Source: Nitrospirota bacterium (GTDB lineage: Bacteria > Nitrospirota > UBA9217). Taken from it: a stretch of 64,000 nucleotides of DNA. The notes under the pieces were generated by a model. That model made no database searches, was not told the origin of the DNA, and saw only the letters and a program-made list of their open reading frames with translations. The translations under genes were made by a program, and so were the position numbers. This document shows, piece after piece, positions 1 through 9,420 of the stretch (position 1 is its first letter; each line of letters begins with the position of its first letter). The stretch spans positions 1,024,001 through 1,088,000 of the forward strand of contig CAWBNQ010000001.1 of the NCBI GenBank assembly GCA_963790205.1, given 5' to 3'.

Positions 1-502
1 ATACTTCCAGCCGCAATCGTCGCTTTTCGGCGCGGCCGGAAAACCGCCCCGGTGGGCATATGGTGTTCCCCTTTTGGGACTCCTGGGACTCGTTGCCCTG
101 TCGCTCAGAAAGATCGAGCAGGAGTATGAGACCGCCCACTTAAGTCTCGTGCGCGGCAGGGGAACGAGAAAGGACATCGACATCAGGGACACGGTGACCA
201 TCGGCAGGGACGAACGAAACACCATCGGACTTTTTAAGGACGACCTTATCGCGCAGCAGCATGCCGAGTTCATCAATGAGAACGGACGCACTGTTGTCGC
301 GGACAAGGGGTCCGCAACCGGCACGTTCGTGAACAAGAAAAAGGTAACGGGCAGGCAGGCGCTCAAGGACGGCGACGTCATTGACGTTGGAAAGGCCACG
401 ATCGTGTTCAGCGAGGGAAGCACGAGGACCTGCAAGGACTGCGGAGAGCCGGTAAGGGAAGGGGCGAAGTTCTGCCCAAAGTGCGGGGTGAAGGCGGCGT
501 AG
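1..502 (+). CDS. Membrane-anchored FHA domain protein with C-terminal zinc ribbon (5' truncated by window edge)
   Basis: Frame is open from position 2; hydrophobic segment, then FHA motifs (TIGR, HA, DKGSATGTFVN) and CKDC...CPKCG zinc ribbon. Confidence 0.85.
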   Translation, partial: YFQPQSSLFGAAGKPPRWAYGVPLLGLLGLVALSLRKIEQEYETAHLSLVRGRGTRKDIDIRDTVTIGRDERNTIGLFKDDLIAQQHAEFINENGRTVVADKGSATGTFVNKKKVTGRQALKDGDVIDVGKATIVFSEGSTRTCKDCGEPVREGAKFCPKCGVKAA

Positions 503-574
503 CTTTTTGCCACGAAGGCACCAAGTTAAATGAATTTGAGTTTCTTCGTGTCTTTGTAGCTCAAGTATTTTACC

Positions 575-1774
575 ATGAAAAAGCTTCTCAAAAAAAGATA
601 CGAGATCAAGGGCGTGCTCGGCAGGGGCGGGATGGGGTGCGTGTACAAGGTCGTGGACCGTTCCGAGAGAGGAAGGGTTCTGGCAGTCAAAGAGCTCCAG
701 GTCGGAACTATCAGCACGGAAAAGCTCCAGGAAGCCGTCACTCAGTTTCAGACCGAGGCAAGAATCCTTGCGCGGCTCACGCATCCGAACATCCCGAAGG
801 TCTATGATTACTTCTCGCTCCGCGGCGCGTACTATATCGTCATGGAATATATCGAAGGCACGACGCTGGAACAGCTCCTTGCAGCGCGGCAGGGCAAACC
901 GGTCAATGAGCGTCTGGCGCTTTCGTGGGCGCTTCAGATCTGCCGTGCCATGCACTTTTTGAGCGTGCAGAAGCCGCAGCCGATCGTTTTCCGGGACCTG
1001 AAGCCTTCGAATATCATGATCAGCCGCGACGGGAGGGTGAAACTGATCGACTTCGGCATCGCCCGCTTCTTTAAAGAGGAAAAGCTCGAGGACACGTTCG
1101 TGTACGGCACGCCGGGCTATGCCTCGCCCGAGCAGTACGGTTCCGGCCAGACCGACGCGCGCTCGGACATCTTCTCTCTGGGCGCGACGCTCCATCACGC
1201 TCTCACCGGAAGGAGCCCGTCATTGAGCCCCCTGGATTTTCCGGACCCGCGGGAATTGAATCCGAAGCTGAGCCGGGAGACATCGGCCATTATCAGGAAG
1301 GCGCTCTCGCCGCATATGGAAAAACGATATCAGAGCGCGTTGGAAATGAAAATGGCTGTCCAGAAAGTACTGCTCGCCTTACCTGCTACGGTAAAGGGAA
1401 CAAAAAAGATCATTTACGCCAGACCGGGGAAAATGGTCAAGCTTCCGTGGTGGAGAAAGGTCTCCTGGGTGAGCGTGCCGGTGATGACGCTCGGCTTGAG
1501 CGGGACCACGGGGACCCTCACGACGGACGATCTGTGGATAAAGCCAAGGATGGGAGACTTCGGCCCGTCCGCAGCGCGGCTGCTGTTTCGCGTGGAGACC
1601 GGCATGCTGAAACCGGGCAGGCAGTACCGGCCCCACATCACGATACGGACCGACGCGGGGACCATCCGGCCCCAGCTCCTGTTCAGAAAGCCGTGGCCGT
1701 GGTCCCTTATCGGAGCAGCAGTGGGAGCAGCAGTGATCGCAGTGGCGCTCGCGCTTGCCGCCATGATGAAATAA
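575..1774 (+). CDS. Hanks-type Ser/Thr protein kinase with C-terminal beta-rich domain and terminal TM helix
   Basis: GRGGMGCVY, AVKE, FRDLKPSN, DFG, GTPGYASPE, DIFSLG motifs; hydrophobic C-terminus. Confidence 0.95.
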   Translation: MKKLLKKRYEIKGVLGRGGMGCVYKVVDRSERGRVLAVKELQVGTISTEKLQEAVTQFQTEARILARLTHPNIPKVYDYFSLRGAYYIVMEYIEGTTLEQLLAARQGKPVNERLALSWALQICRAMHFLSVQKPQPIVFRDLKPSNIMISRDGRVKLIDFGIARFFKEEKLEDTFVYGTPGYASPEQYGSGQTDARSDIFSLGATLHHALTGRSPSLSPLDFPDPRELNPKLSRETSAIIRKALSPHMEKRYQSALEMKMAVQKVLLALPATVKGTKKIIYARPGKMVKLPWWRKVSWVSVPVMTLGLSGTTGTLTTDDLWIKPRMGDFGPSAARLLFRVETGMLKPGRQYRPHITIRTDAGTIRPQLLFRKPWPWSLIGAAVGAAVIAVALALAAMMK

Positions 1775-1931
1775 GAAAATGTCTTCTGTTCCCTGCATCT
1801 TCTTGTGCGCAGTTTCCGCGGGCCCTCTTTATTTTTCCCCTTGTCTTTTCCCGCTGCTTATAGTAGTTTCTTTGAAAAGAACGGTTCTCCGAACGCTACA
1901 TTTAAAAATGGAAAACGAAAGGAGATTGGAC

Positions 1932-2744
1932 GTGTCTCATCGAAGAAAATTTACGGCAATAGCAATACTGTGTTTTGTGTTTGCGAGCGCGGAAAGCGGT
2001 TTCGCCGAAGAATTAAAGAAATATACAGGGGAAGTAGGACCCGAGATATCGTATTTTGCATATGAGGAACCTCATTTTGCGGAAACCAGGGGTTTTCTCG
2101 CGGGAATAGCCGGTTCCTTCACGTATCATGATAAGCTCATGCTAAAGGCGGAGGGCCGGTTCAGTTTCGGCAGCCTCTATTACACTTCTCCCGACAGCGG
2201 AACGATGGAAAACATACCGGATTATATAGGGGAGTTCAGGGGGTTAAGCGGTTATGATTTTTCGCTCCAGTCCGGATCCATCCTTACGCCGTATCTGGGT
2301 CTAGGATATCGATACTTGAATGACGACAGCTCCGGGAAGGTCACTTCCCTGGGCGCTCTTGGATATGAACGGGAATCAAATTATTATTACAGCCCCGTAG
2401 GAGTAAAGTTTACTACCAATACAAAGACCGGCTGGTCGACCGAGGCAACGGCCGAGTATGACATTTTCTGGTGGGGAAAACAGATAAGTCATCTGAGCGA
2501 CGCCAATCCCGGTCTGAATGACCCTAAAAACCGCCAAAAACGGGGTTACGGTTTGAGAGGCTCGGTAGCGTTTCGAACGAAGGTCGATGATTTTGCTTAT
2601 TCGATAGAGCCTTTCATACGATATTGGAACATCAAGGACTCCGAACTCGCTACCTTGACCTATTTGGGCTCAATAGCCGGCGTGGGGTTTGAGCCGGCAA
2701 ATCACTCCGCAGAATACGGTGTCAACTTTTTGGTTCGGTTCTGA
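1932..2744 (+). CDS. Outer-membrane beta-barrel protein (start uncertain: GTG 1932 or ATG 1908)
   Basis: AGGAG before GTG, signal peptide, alternating aromatic beta-strands, C-terminal Phe (VNFLVRF). Confidence 0.7.
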   Translation: MSHRRKFTAIAILCFVFASAESGFAEELKKYTGEVGPEISYFAYEEPHFAETRGFLAGIAGSFTYHDKLMLKAEGRFSFGSLYYTSPDSGTMENIPDYIGEFRGLSGYDFSLQSGSILTPYLGLGYRYLNDDSSGKVTSLGALGYERESNYYYSPVGVKFTTNTKTGWSTEATAEYDIFWWGKQISHLSDANPGLNDPKNRQKRGYGLRGSVAFRTKVDDFAYSIEPFIRYWNIKDSELATLTYLGSIAGVGFEPANHSAEYGVNFLVRF

Positions 2745-2889
2745 ACCCGTGAGAGGCTGCTGGAAAACTTTTTGAACGTCATTGAGCGGCGCCTTTTTAC
2801 GACGAGGCAATCGTGAAGCGATCGTCTTCATGAACAGAACGATTGCGTCGCTTCTCCCGCAAAAACACCTTTCCCGGCTTTTCACGGGA
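2745..2889. repeat. REP-like imperfect palindromic element between convergent genes
   Basis: CCCGTGAGAGGC...GGCTTTTCACGGG outer arms; inner GACGAGGCAATCGT / ACGATTGCGTCGC. Confidence 0.5.
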
Positions 2890-2911
2890 GATCAAGATTA
2901 AGGGAAACATC

Positions 2912-4258
2912 TTAGTCCCTCATCCCGTACTTCTTTATCTTTTCATACAGGGTGGAATAGGCAATGCCGAGGACCTTCGCTGCTTCGGTCTTGTTTCCGG
3001 AGACCGACCTGAGCGTAGCGTGGATCGCGGCCTTTTCGATCTCCTCGAGCGTTTTACCGCTCAGGCCTTCGAGGGTGTCCGTTTTCCTCCCCTGGGACAG
3101 GAAGAGGTCCCTGACCTCGATCCGGCTGCCGTTGCTCAAAGCCGCTGCGCGACCGAGGACGTTCTTGAGCTCGCGCACGTTGCCCGGCCACGGGTACGCG
3201 CGAAGCGCTTCCGCGGCTTCCGGCGAGAGTCCCTGAAGTCTCTTGCCCGTGTCGGCAAATATCCCGTCAAGCAGCTGCTCGGCGATCGGCTCGATGTCTT
3301 CCTTATGTTTTCGGAGGGGGAGGAGAGAGACGCTGACGGCGGAGAGACGGTAAAAAAGGTCTTCGCGAAAACGACCGGCCTTTACTTCTTTTTCCAGATC
3401 GCGGTTGGTGGCCGCGACCACCCTCACGTTCACCTTGAGCGCCTGATCGGCGCCGACCCGCTTCACTTCGTGCTGATCAAGGGCGCGAAGAAGCTTGGGC
3501 TGAAGGGCCGGCGTAAGCTCGCCGATCTCGTCCAGGAACAAGGTGCCGCCATCAGCCAGTTCGATGGCCCCCTGGCGGGACTTGACCGCGTCGGTGAAAG
3601 CCCCCTTTTCGTGGCCGAACAGTTCGCTCTCGATCAGGGTCGGGGCCACGGCGCCGCAGTCGAACACGACAAACGGCTTGTCGGCCCTGCGGCTGCTGCT
3701 GTGGATGGCCCGCGCCGCGAGCTCTTTTCCCGTACCGGTCTCTCCTTGGATGAGCACGGCGATGTCCGTGGGCGCTACGCGTTCGAGGATGCCGAAGATC
3801 TCCCGCATGGGCAGTGACGGGCCGATAAGATCGCCGAAGCGGTCCGCGGAGCTTTGCACGGTCTCGATCCGTTCCTCCAGAGGAGAAAAAGCTATATCCG
3901 TCTCTCCCAGTCGGATCGCGGAGCCCGCGGCCAGATATCCTTCCCGTATCCGCGCGCCCTCGAGGAACGTGCCGTTGGTGCTGCCCAGGTCGCGCAGAAC
4001 GTAGCCATCGGCTTTTTCTTCAACTACAGCATGATGTCGGGAAATCGTGGGATCGGTGAGCACGAGGTCGTTCTCGGGAAGCGTGCCGATCGTGACAAGT
4101 GGTTTCTGGAGCACGATCTCCTTGCCCTTGTCCTTACCCCTGGTCACAACGAAGCGCGCCTTTTTCAGGATCAGCGGCCTCTGGATGGCCGCGGGCAGGA
4201 GTCGGGTCTGGTCACGGTCCTTCCCGGAGGTATCGCTTTTTTCGCTCTGTTTGGCCAT
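2912..4258 (-). CDS. FHA-domain sigma54-dependent transcriptional activator (FHA-AAA+-Fis HTH)
   Basis: FHA (ISRHHA, DLGSTNGT), GETGTGKE, GAFTDA, LFLDEIGE, WPGNVREL, C-terminal HTH. Confidence 0.95.
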   Translation of the reverse strand: MAKQSEKSDTSGKDRDQTRLLPAAIQRPLILKKARFVVTRGKDKGKEIVLQKPLVTIGTLPENDLVLTDPTISRHHAVVEEKADGYVLRDLGSTNGTFLEGARIREGYLAAGSAIRLGETDIAFSPLEERIETVQSSADRFGDLIGPSLPMREIFGILERVAPTDIAVLIQGETGTGKELAARAIHSSSRRADKPFVVFDCGAVAPTLIESELFGHEKGAFTDAVKSRQGAIELADGGTLFLDEIGELTPALQPKLLRALDQHEVKRVGADQALKVNVRVVAATNRDLEKEVKAGRFREDLFYRLSAVSVSLLPLRKHKEDIEPIAEQLLDGIFADTGKRLQGLSPEAAEALRAYPWPGNVRELKNVLGRAAALSNGSRIEVRDLFLSQGRKTDTLEGLSGKTLEEIEKAAIHATLRSVSGNKTEAAKVLGIAYSTLYEKIKKYGMRD

Positions 4259-4466
4259 GTCACAATTGTATCATACTGGGCCGGAGAGAACAAACTGTTC
4301 CTGGCGTCATTTTTTGCGGCGAATTGGAGGGAACCGATAATATCTCTTGACATGAACGGCAATTCAATTAAACTATTGTCAATTGTCCTAGCGACCAGTT
4401 TATGATAACAAGGATTTGAGGAAATAGGGTGACACTCCAAAGTTAGGTTTTGAAAGGAGTGTCATC

Positions 4467-6014
4467 ATGAAACCAGAAAAGAGTATACAGCAAGTAGGCA
4501 GGAAAAGGAAGTTCCCGAAACGAAGCAAGCGGTATGGACCGGATTTCAAGCTTCAAGTCGTCAAAAAGTTTGTTGAAGAAAGCGTCCCTGCTTCGGTGAT
4601 TCGGCAGGAATGCGGATTGAGCAGTGGGACGGTCGGGCGCTGGGTGCGCGACTATCGTCGTCATGGCGAAGCGGGGCTCGCAACGCATTACAGAGGTAAG
4701 GGGCGCAGTCTTCCTTCTCCGGTAAGGCAGAAGATCGTCGAGGTAAAAGAAGCCAACCCGCTCTTCGGCATCAAGCGCATTTCACAGGTTTTAAAGAGGG
4801 CGTTTTTTCTTTCCGCCAGCCCTGAAACAGTCCGCAAGACCCTTCACGATTCATCCCTCATCAAGTCCCCGCCTAAGAAGCGTCAGCGTAATATCACCCG
4901 TCCCCGTTTTTTCGAACGATCAACGCCGAACCAGCTGTGGCAAACGGACATCTTCACGTTCCGTCTTGGCGGCCACTATGCGTACCTGATCGGCTACATC
5001 GATGATTACTCCCGCTACATCACGGGGCTCGAGCTTTTCCGCACTCAGACGGGCCAGAACGTTATCGAGGTATACCGCCGGGCGTCCTCCGAGTACAACC
5101 CGCCGAAAGAGATGCTCACGGATAACGGGCGGCAGTATACGAGCTGGCGCGGGCACAGCCGTTTTGAGCTGGAGCTCAAGAAAGACAAGATCCACCACAT
5201 CAAATCCCAACCACACCACCCTATGACCCTGGGCAAAATCGAACGGTTCTGGAAGACGATCTACCTGGAGTTTCTTGTCAGAGCGCAGTTCGATAGCTTC
5301 GAGGACGCCGCCGAGCGGATACGGCAGTGGGTGAAGTATTACAACCACAAACGACCGCACCAGGGGATCGGCGGCCTGTGTCCCGCGGACCGGTATTTTG
5401 AGATCCAGAGCGAGCTCAGGAAGACGATCGAGCATGGCATCCAGGAGAATCTCCTCGAGATGGCGCTCCGCGGGAAGCCCAAGCTGCCGTTCTACATGGT
5501 GGGCCGCATGGAGGGGCAGTCGGTAGTGCTGCGGGCGGAAAAGGGCAAGCTGCGTCTATCGGTTGACGATGAAGAGGATGACACCACGCAGGAAGTAGTC
5601 TACAATCTAAACGAAGAAGGGGCCGGCCATGGAAAAAACGGAGAAGATAAAAAGCGAGAAGAAGCGGCAGATGACAAACCACGGGGCGATGGAGAAATGC
5701 CGGGCGGTTCTCTCAATATGGACGGAGCGGCGGAGGCCGGCGGAAGTATGCCGGGAGATGGGGATACCGTGGATGGTGCTCTCCCAGTGGCAGAAACGGG
5801 CGATGGAGGGAATGCTCCAGGCTCTGGAACCCCGGGTGATCCTGGACAAGGGGCCGGCGCTCAGCCCGCGGCTGCAGACGATGCTGGAGAAAAAGCGCCT
5901 GATGCTCCCGGTACAGAACAGGCTGGAAAAGACGCTGTCGAAGGCGCAGGAAGCAAGGAAACCGGAGAAGCTAAAGGACCTGAAGCCCGAAAGCTCCCCC
6001 CTGCGCAAGGCTGA
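4467..6014 (+). CDS. DDE transposase (HTH + rve integrase core, IS481-like) with long low-complexity acidic tail
   Basis: N-terminal HTH, WQTD...LTDNG...GKIERF catalytic triad, YNHKRPHQG. Confidence 0.9.
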   Translation: MKPEKSIQQVGRKRKFPKRSKRYGPDFKLQVVKKFVEESVPASVIRQECGLSSGTVGRWVRDYRRHGEAGLATHYRGKGRSLPSPVRQKIVEVKEANPLFGIKRISQVLKRAFFLSASPETVRKTLHDSSLIKSPPKKRQRNITRPRFFERSTPNQLWQTDIFTFRLGGHYAYLIGYIDDYSRYITGLELFRTQTGQNVIEVYRRASSEYNPPKEMLTDNGRQYTSWRGHSRFELELKKDKIHHIKSQPHHPMTLGKIERFWKTIYLEFLVRAQFDSFEDAAERIRQWVKYYNHKRPHQGIGGLCPADRYFEIQSELRKTIEHGIQENLLEMALRGKPKLPFYMVGRMEGQSVVLRAEKGKLRLSVDDEEDDTTQEVVYNLNEEGAGHGKNGEDKKREEAADDKPRGDGEMPGGSLNMDGAAEAGGSMPGDGDTVDGALPVAETGDGGNAPGSGTPGDPGQGAGAQPAAADDAGEKAPDAPGTEQAGKDAVEGAGSKETGEAKGPEARKLPPAQG

Positions 6015-6024
6015 GACCCCATAA
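5629..6024 (+). CDS. HTH protein overprinted (+1 frame) on the transposase C-terminus
   Basis: AVLSIW...PAEVCREMGIPWMVLSQWQKRAMEGMLQAL resembles a transposase-type HTH and the next ORF; purine-rich AGAAGGGG upstream. Confidence 0.6.
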   Translation: MEKTEKIKSEKKRQMTNHGAMEKCRAVLSIWTERRRPAEVCREMGIPWMVLSQWQKRAMEGMLQALEPRVILDKGPALSPRLQTMLEKKRLMLPVQNRLEKTLSKAQEARKPEKLKDLKPESSPLRKAETP

Positions 6025-6041
6025 CGGAAAGGTCGGTGTGC

Positions 6042-6422
6042 ATGAGCGACTCAGAAGACAAGGAGCTTGCCCGAAAGCGGACTGCGGTGGTGTTTGCAGT
6101 GCGCAGCGGCCAGATCACGGCCGAGGAAGGCGCACGGAGGCTCGGCGTGTCGCGGAAGACCTACTACGAGTGGGAGCGCCGGGCATTACAGGCGATGACC
6201 GAGGCCATGGAGGATAAATCCCCTGGAAGGCCGAGTATACCGCAGGACGAGGAGAAACAGCGTTTACAGGAGCAAATCGCTGAGCTCCAGAACAAGCTCT
6301 TTGTCGCTAAGAAAACGGTAGAAGTGCGGGACATGCTGCACGCGTATGAACTCCACAATGCCCGTGTGAAAAAAAGAGCTGACGAGTCGGAGGAAAAAAA
6401 ACGAAAGCGAAGGAAGAAATGA
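6042..6422 (+). CDS. HTH domain protein (OrfA-like) with coiled coil
   Basis: AEEGARRLGVSRKTYYEWERRALQAM, PGRP, coiled-coil segment; start could also be GTG 6036. Confidence 0.8.
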   Translation: MSDSEDKELARKRTAVVFAVRSGQITAEEGARRLGVSRKTYYEWERRALQAMTEAMEDKSPGRPSIPQDEEKQRLQEQIAELQNKLFVAKKTVEVRDMLHAYELHNARVKKRADESEEKKRKRRKK

Positions 6423-7459
6423 TAACCAGTATGCTTGCCGTTGTTGACCGGATGAGAGAGAAAACCGGTATGCACTACCAGGAGATCTGCAGTGCCGTGA
6501 GGCTCCCCTACCCGAGCTTTATCCGTTGGCGTCTGCGACAGAAGAACGCCACGCCCCTCGTGCGGCAACCGGGTCCTCCCAAGGTCAAGCCTCCGGATCT
6601 TGAGGGGATTACAGGGGATATCGCAAAGCTGTCTCACGGGCAGAGCCGCACGCAGGGCACGGGCGCATTATACGGGAGCCACGCGTCCTCTGTGTCACGG
6701 CGAGACCTGCAGAGCATCGCTATGGCGAGGCATGACCTCAATACACTCCATCGTCAGAATCTGCGGCGGATCAGCTGGAACGTGCCAAACGTCGCGTGGT
6801 CAATGGACCCCTGTGAATACAAACATCGTGACACAGACGGTGGCAAGGTGTACCTGAACCATATGCAGGACCTCGCGTCTCGCTACAAGTTCACTCCTAT
6901 GACGGGAGATGTGCCCTGCGGCGAAGAGATATCCGGCTATCTCGCAGCGACCTTCGATCGCTTCGGTGCGCCTCTGTTCCTCAAGCGCGACAATGGCGCG
7001 AACCTGAATCATGCAGCGGTCAATGCTGTGCTCGCCGACTACTTCGTCCTGCCGTTGAACAGTCCAGTCCATTATCCGCCCTACAACGGCGCGATCGAAG
7101 AGGCACAAACCGAGCTGAAGAACGGGCTTGCTGCAAAACTCTTGTATAAGTCCAGTTGTCCGCGCGAGCACATGGAGGCATATGCATCGACGGTTGAACA
7201 TGACCTTAACCACCAACCCCGTCCGTGCCTGCATGGCGGCAACGCCTGCCAAGTGTACTTCACGAACAAAAAAACGTTTACCAAATGGGAAAGGAGCGCT
7301 GCCTATGACTGGATGACAAACTTGCAAGGTGATATACTATGCAGTGATGGTAGTGTTCAGTCGCAAGCAGCCTGGCGGATCGCCGTCGAGGCCTGGCTGA
7401 GGATGAAAGGGTTTATTACCGTTACGATCAACGGAAAAGTGTCACCCAATTTTCTCTAG
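6419..7459 (+). CDS. Second DDE integrase-core protein (OrfB-like)
   Basis: WSMD...KRDNG...NGAIEEAQ, LNHQPRPCL; ATGA overlap with upstream ORF; stop lies inside the right inverted repeat. Confidence 0.8.
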   Translation: MITSMLAVVDRMREKTGMHYQEICSAVRLPYPSFIRWRLRQKNATPLVRQPGPPKVKPPDLEGITGDIAKLSHGQSRTQGTGALYGSHASSVSRRDLQSIAMARHDLNTLHRQNLRRISWNVPNVAWSMDPCEYKHRDTDGGKVYLNHMQDLASRYKFTPMTGDVPCGEEISGYLAATFDRFGAPLFLKRDNGANLNHAAVNAVLADYFVLPLNSPVHYPPYNGAIEEAQTELKNGLAAKLLYKSSCPREHMEAYASTVEHDLNHQPRPCLHGGNACQVYFTNKKTFTKWERSAAYDWMTNLQGDILCSDGSVQSQAAWRIAVEAWLRMKGFITVTINGKVSPNFL

Positions 7460-7600
7460 GATTTTTATCATAAACTGCTAGCGTGCACATGGTCACGGCA
7501 CTCATTTTTGCACTCTGTTGGCTCGGGGAAATATGTTTTGCAGGTTTTTAAAGAAAGCGAGAGTTTTACGTCTTAGTCAGTTGGTTGTGCAAGCGAAAAA

Positions 7601-8023
7601 ATGACGGATGAATGTCTACAAGTCAAAAAATTATTTAAAGAATTGTGCGCACAACCTGTGTTGCCCTTCCCTCAGGCCCGCAAGCAAGTGGAGGCACCAT
7701 CAAAGCCAGGCGTTTACATCATTCGCAAGGATGGTGCTGTTCTCCATGTCGGAAGAACTCTGCGCGGGAAAGGCGGACTCTTTCAGCGTCTCATGGACCA
7801 CCTCTATGGTGCATCTTCATTCACAAATGAGTATCTTAAAGGCAGGGGAAAGACTCTCCGGAGGAAAGGATATACCTATCAGTTTCTCGCACTAAATAAT
7901 CCAAGGGTGCGAGCATTTCTCGAAGCCTACGCTGTGGGAACACTCTGCCCCAAGCACATCGGCCTAGGCGAGGCGAGTCACAATAAGTCGTCCCACCGGA
8001 CTTGGTCACGTCTGCAAGCTTGA
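7601..8023 (+). CDS. Small GIY-YIG nuclease-family protein
   Basis: PGVYII...LHVGRT...LFQRLMDH...LE spacing typical of GIY-YIG. Confidence 0.65.
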   Translation: MTDECLQVKKLFKELCAQPVLPFPQARKQVEAPSKPGVYIIRKDGAVLHVGRTLRGKGGLFQRLMDHLYGASSFTNEYLKGRGKTLRRKGYTYQFLALNNPRVRAFLEAYAVGTLCPKHIGLGEASHNKSSHRTWSRLQA

Positions 8024-8124
8024 CCTTTAGCATGTTTCAGTCAGCATTTCGCAACATTTTCTCTGAAGCGCCACTGCACATATTACACAAGCAGGCTGCG
8101 ATAAACTGCATCTCCACTACGATA

Positions 8125-9420
8125 TTACTTCTCCTCTCGCACCATCTCCGCTACGCATTCTATGTGGTACGTGTAGGGGAACATATCCACGGGCTGGAGG
8201 CGGTCGAGGCGGAACCCGAAAAGGTGAAAAAATTTCAGATCACGCGCGAGCGTGGAGGGATTGCACGAGACGTAGACGATCTTCCGGGGCACAAAGGCGA
8301 GCACGCGCTCGAGCGTTTTGAGGGTGGCGCCGGCCCGCGGCGGGTCGAGGACGATCAACGTCGGCGCGCATCTTTCTCTGGATCAGGGTCTTCAGACCTT
8401 TCTGCAGGTCGTCGGCGATAAACTCCGCGTTCTCGATCCCGTTCAACAGTGCATTTGCTTTCGCGTCTTCGATCGCCGAATAGCCGGACTCGATCCCGAT
8501 GACCGTACCGGCTTTTTTTGCAAGCGGCAGCGAGAAGTTGCCGATGCCGCAGTAGAGGTCGAGCACGGTCTCCGTTCCCCGTGAGCGCGGCGAAATCCAG
8601 TACGGTACGCACCATGTTCCTGTTCTGCTCCCAGTTGACCTGAAAGAAGTTGCCTTCCGTAGCGCGGAGCGCAAGGCCTTCAACCTCGAGCGAAAGCCGG
8701 TTCCTGCCGAGGGAAAAAACTTTTTTTCTCCCGGCGAAACCGGTCAGGCCGATGACTTCCGGGGCGAGGTTTCTGAGCTTTGCGAAAAAGGTTTCCATGG
8801 GCGGAAGCGGGCTCTGTTCACTGAACAAGAGGATGTGCGCCTCGCCGGCGGGCGAGGCATTGATATGGATTTCCGTGAGCAACGGGAGCTCGTTTGAAAG
8901 AGACCTGATGCCTTTCAACACCTTGTCGATAAGCGGGTGGATCAGGAACGCCTGCTCCACTTCGATCAGATCATAGGAGCCCTGACGAAAAAAACCGATC
9001 CGCTGTACGCCGTCTTTCACCCGAACGTTGAACTGCGTGCGGAGGCGGTAGTGGTCAGTGCGCGGAGAGGGAAGGATCGGAAGGGGACGAGCCGGCTCCA
9101 TGCCGCCGATCCGTTTGAGCGTGTCCAGGAGGATTTCCTGTTTGTATCTGAGCTGGGCCGGATAGGAGATGTGCGGCCAGGTGGCGCCGGTACACTGTTT
9201 CTCACCGAGGCAGGGAGGGGCGATACGGTCCGCGGACGGGGAAATAATTTCAACGAGCTCGGCCTGGAGAAACCCTTTTTTCCTTCTCTTGATCTCGACG
9301 GCGACCAGCTCTCCCGGGATGCACGCCGGGCACGAAAACCGCCTGGCCATTATCGAGCCTTGCCAGGCCGCTGCCGCCATGGACGAGTTTTTCTATCAGG
9401 ACTTCCGTTCGTTCGCTCAT
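8125..9420 (-). CDS. rlmD: 23S rRNA m5U methyltransferase (RlmD/TrmA family); about three frameshifts in this sequence
   Basis: Pieces in different frames: TRAM start (IEKLVHGG), [37 protein letters not shown]. Confidence 0.85.

Larger units (their letters stand above)
4384..7489 (+). mobile_element. IS481/IS3-like composite element with about 52-bp terminal inverted repeats (TGT...ACA) and four ORFs
   Basis: Left end 4384-4436 and reverse complement of 7438-7489 share TGT-N9-CAGTTTATGATAA-N17/18-GGGTGACACT; two DDE ORFs inside. Confidence 0.85.

Noticed and set aside
4378..7495. Target-site duplication for the two-DDE element
   Set aside because: The flanks GTCAAT and TGGTCA do not match
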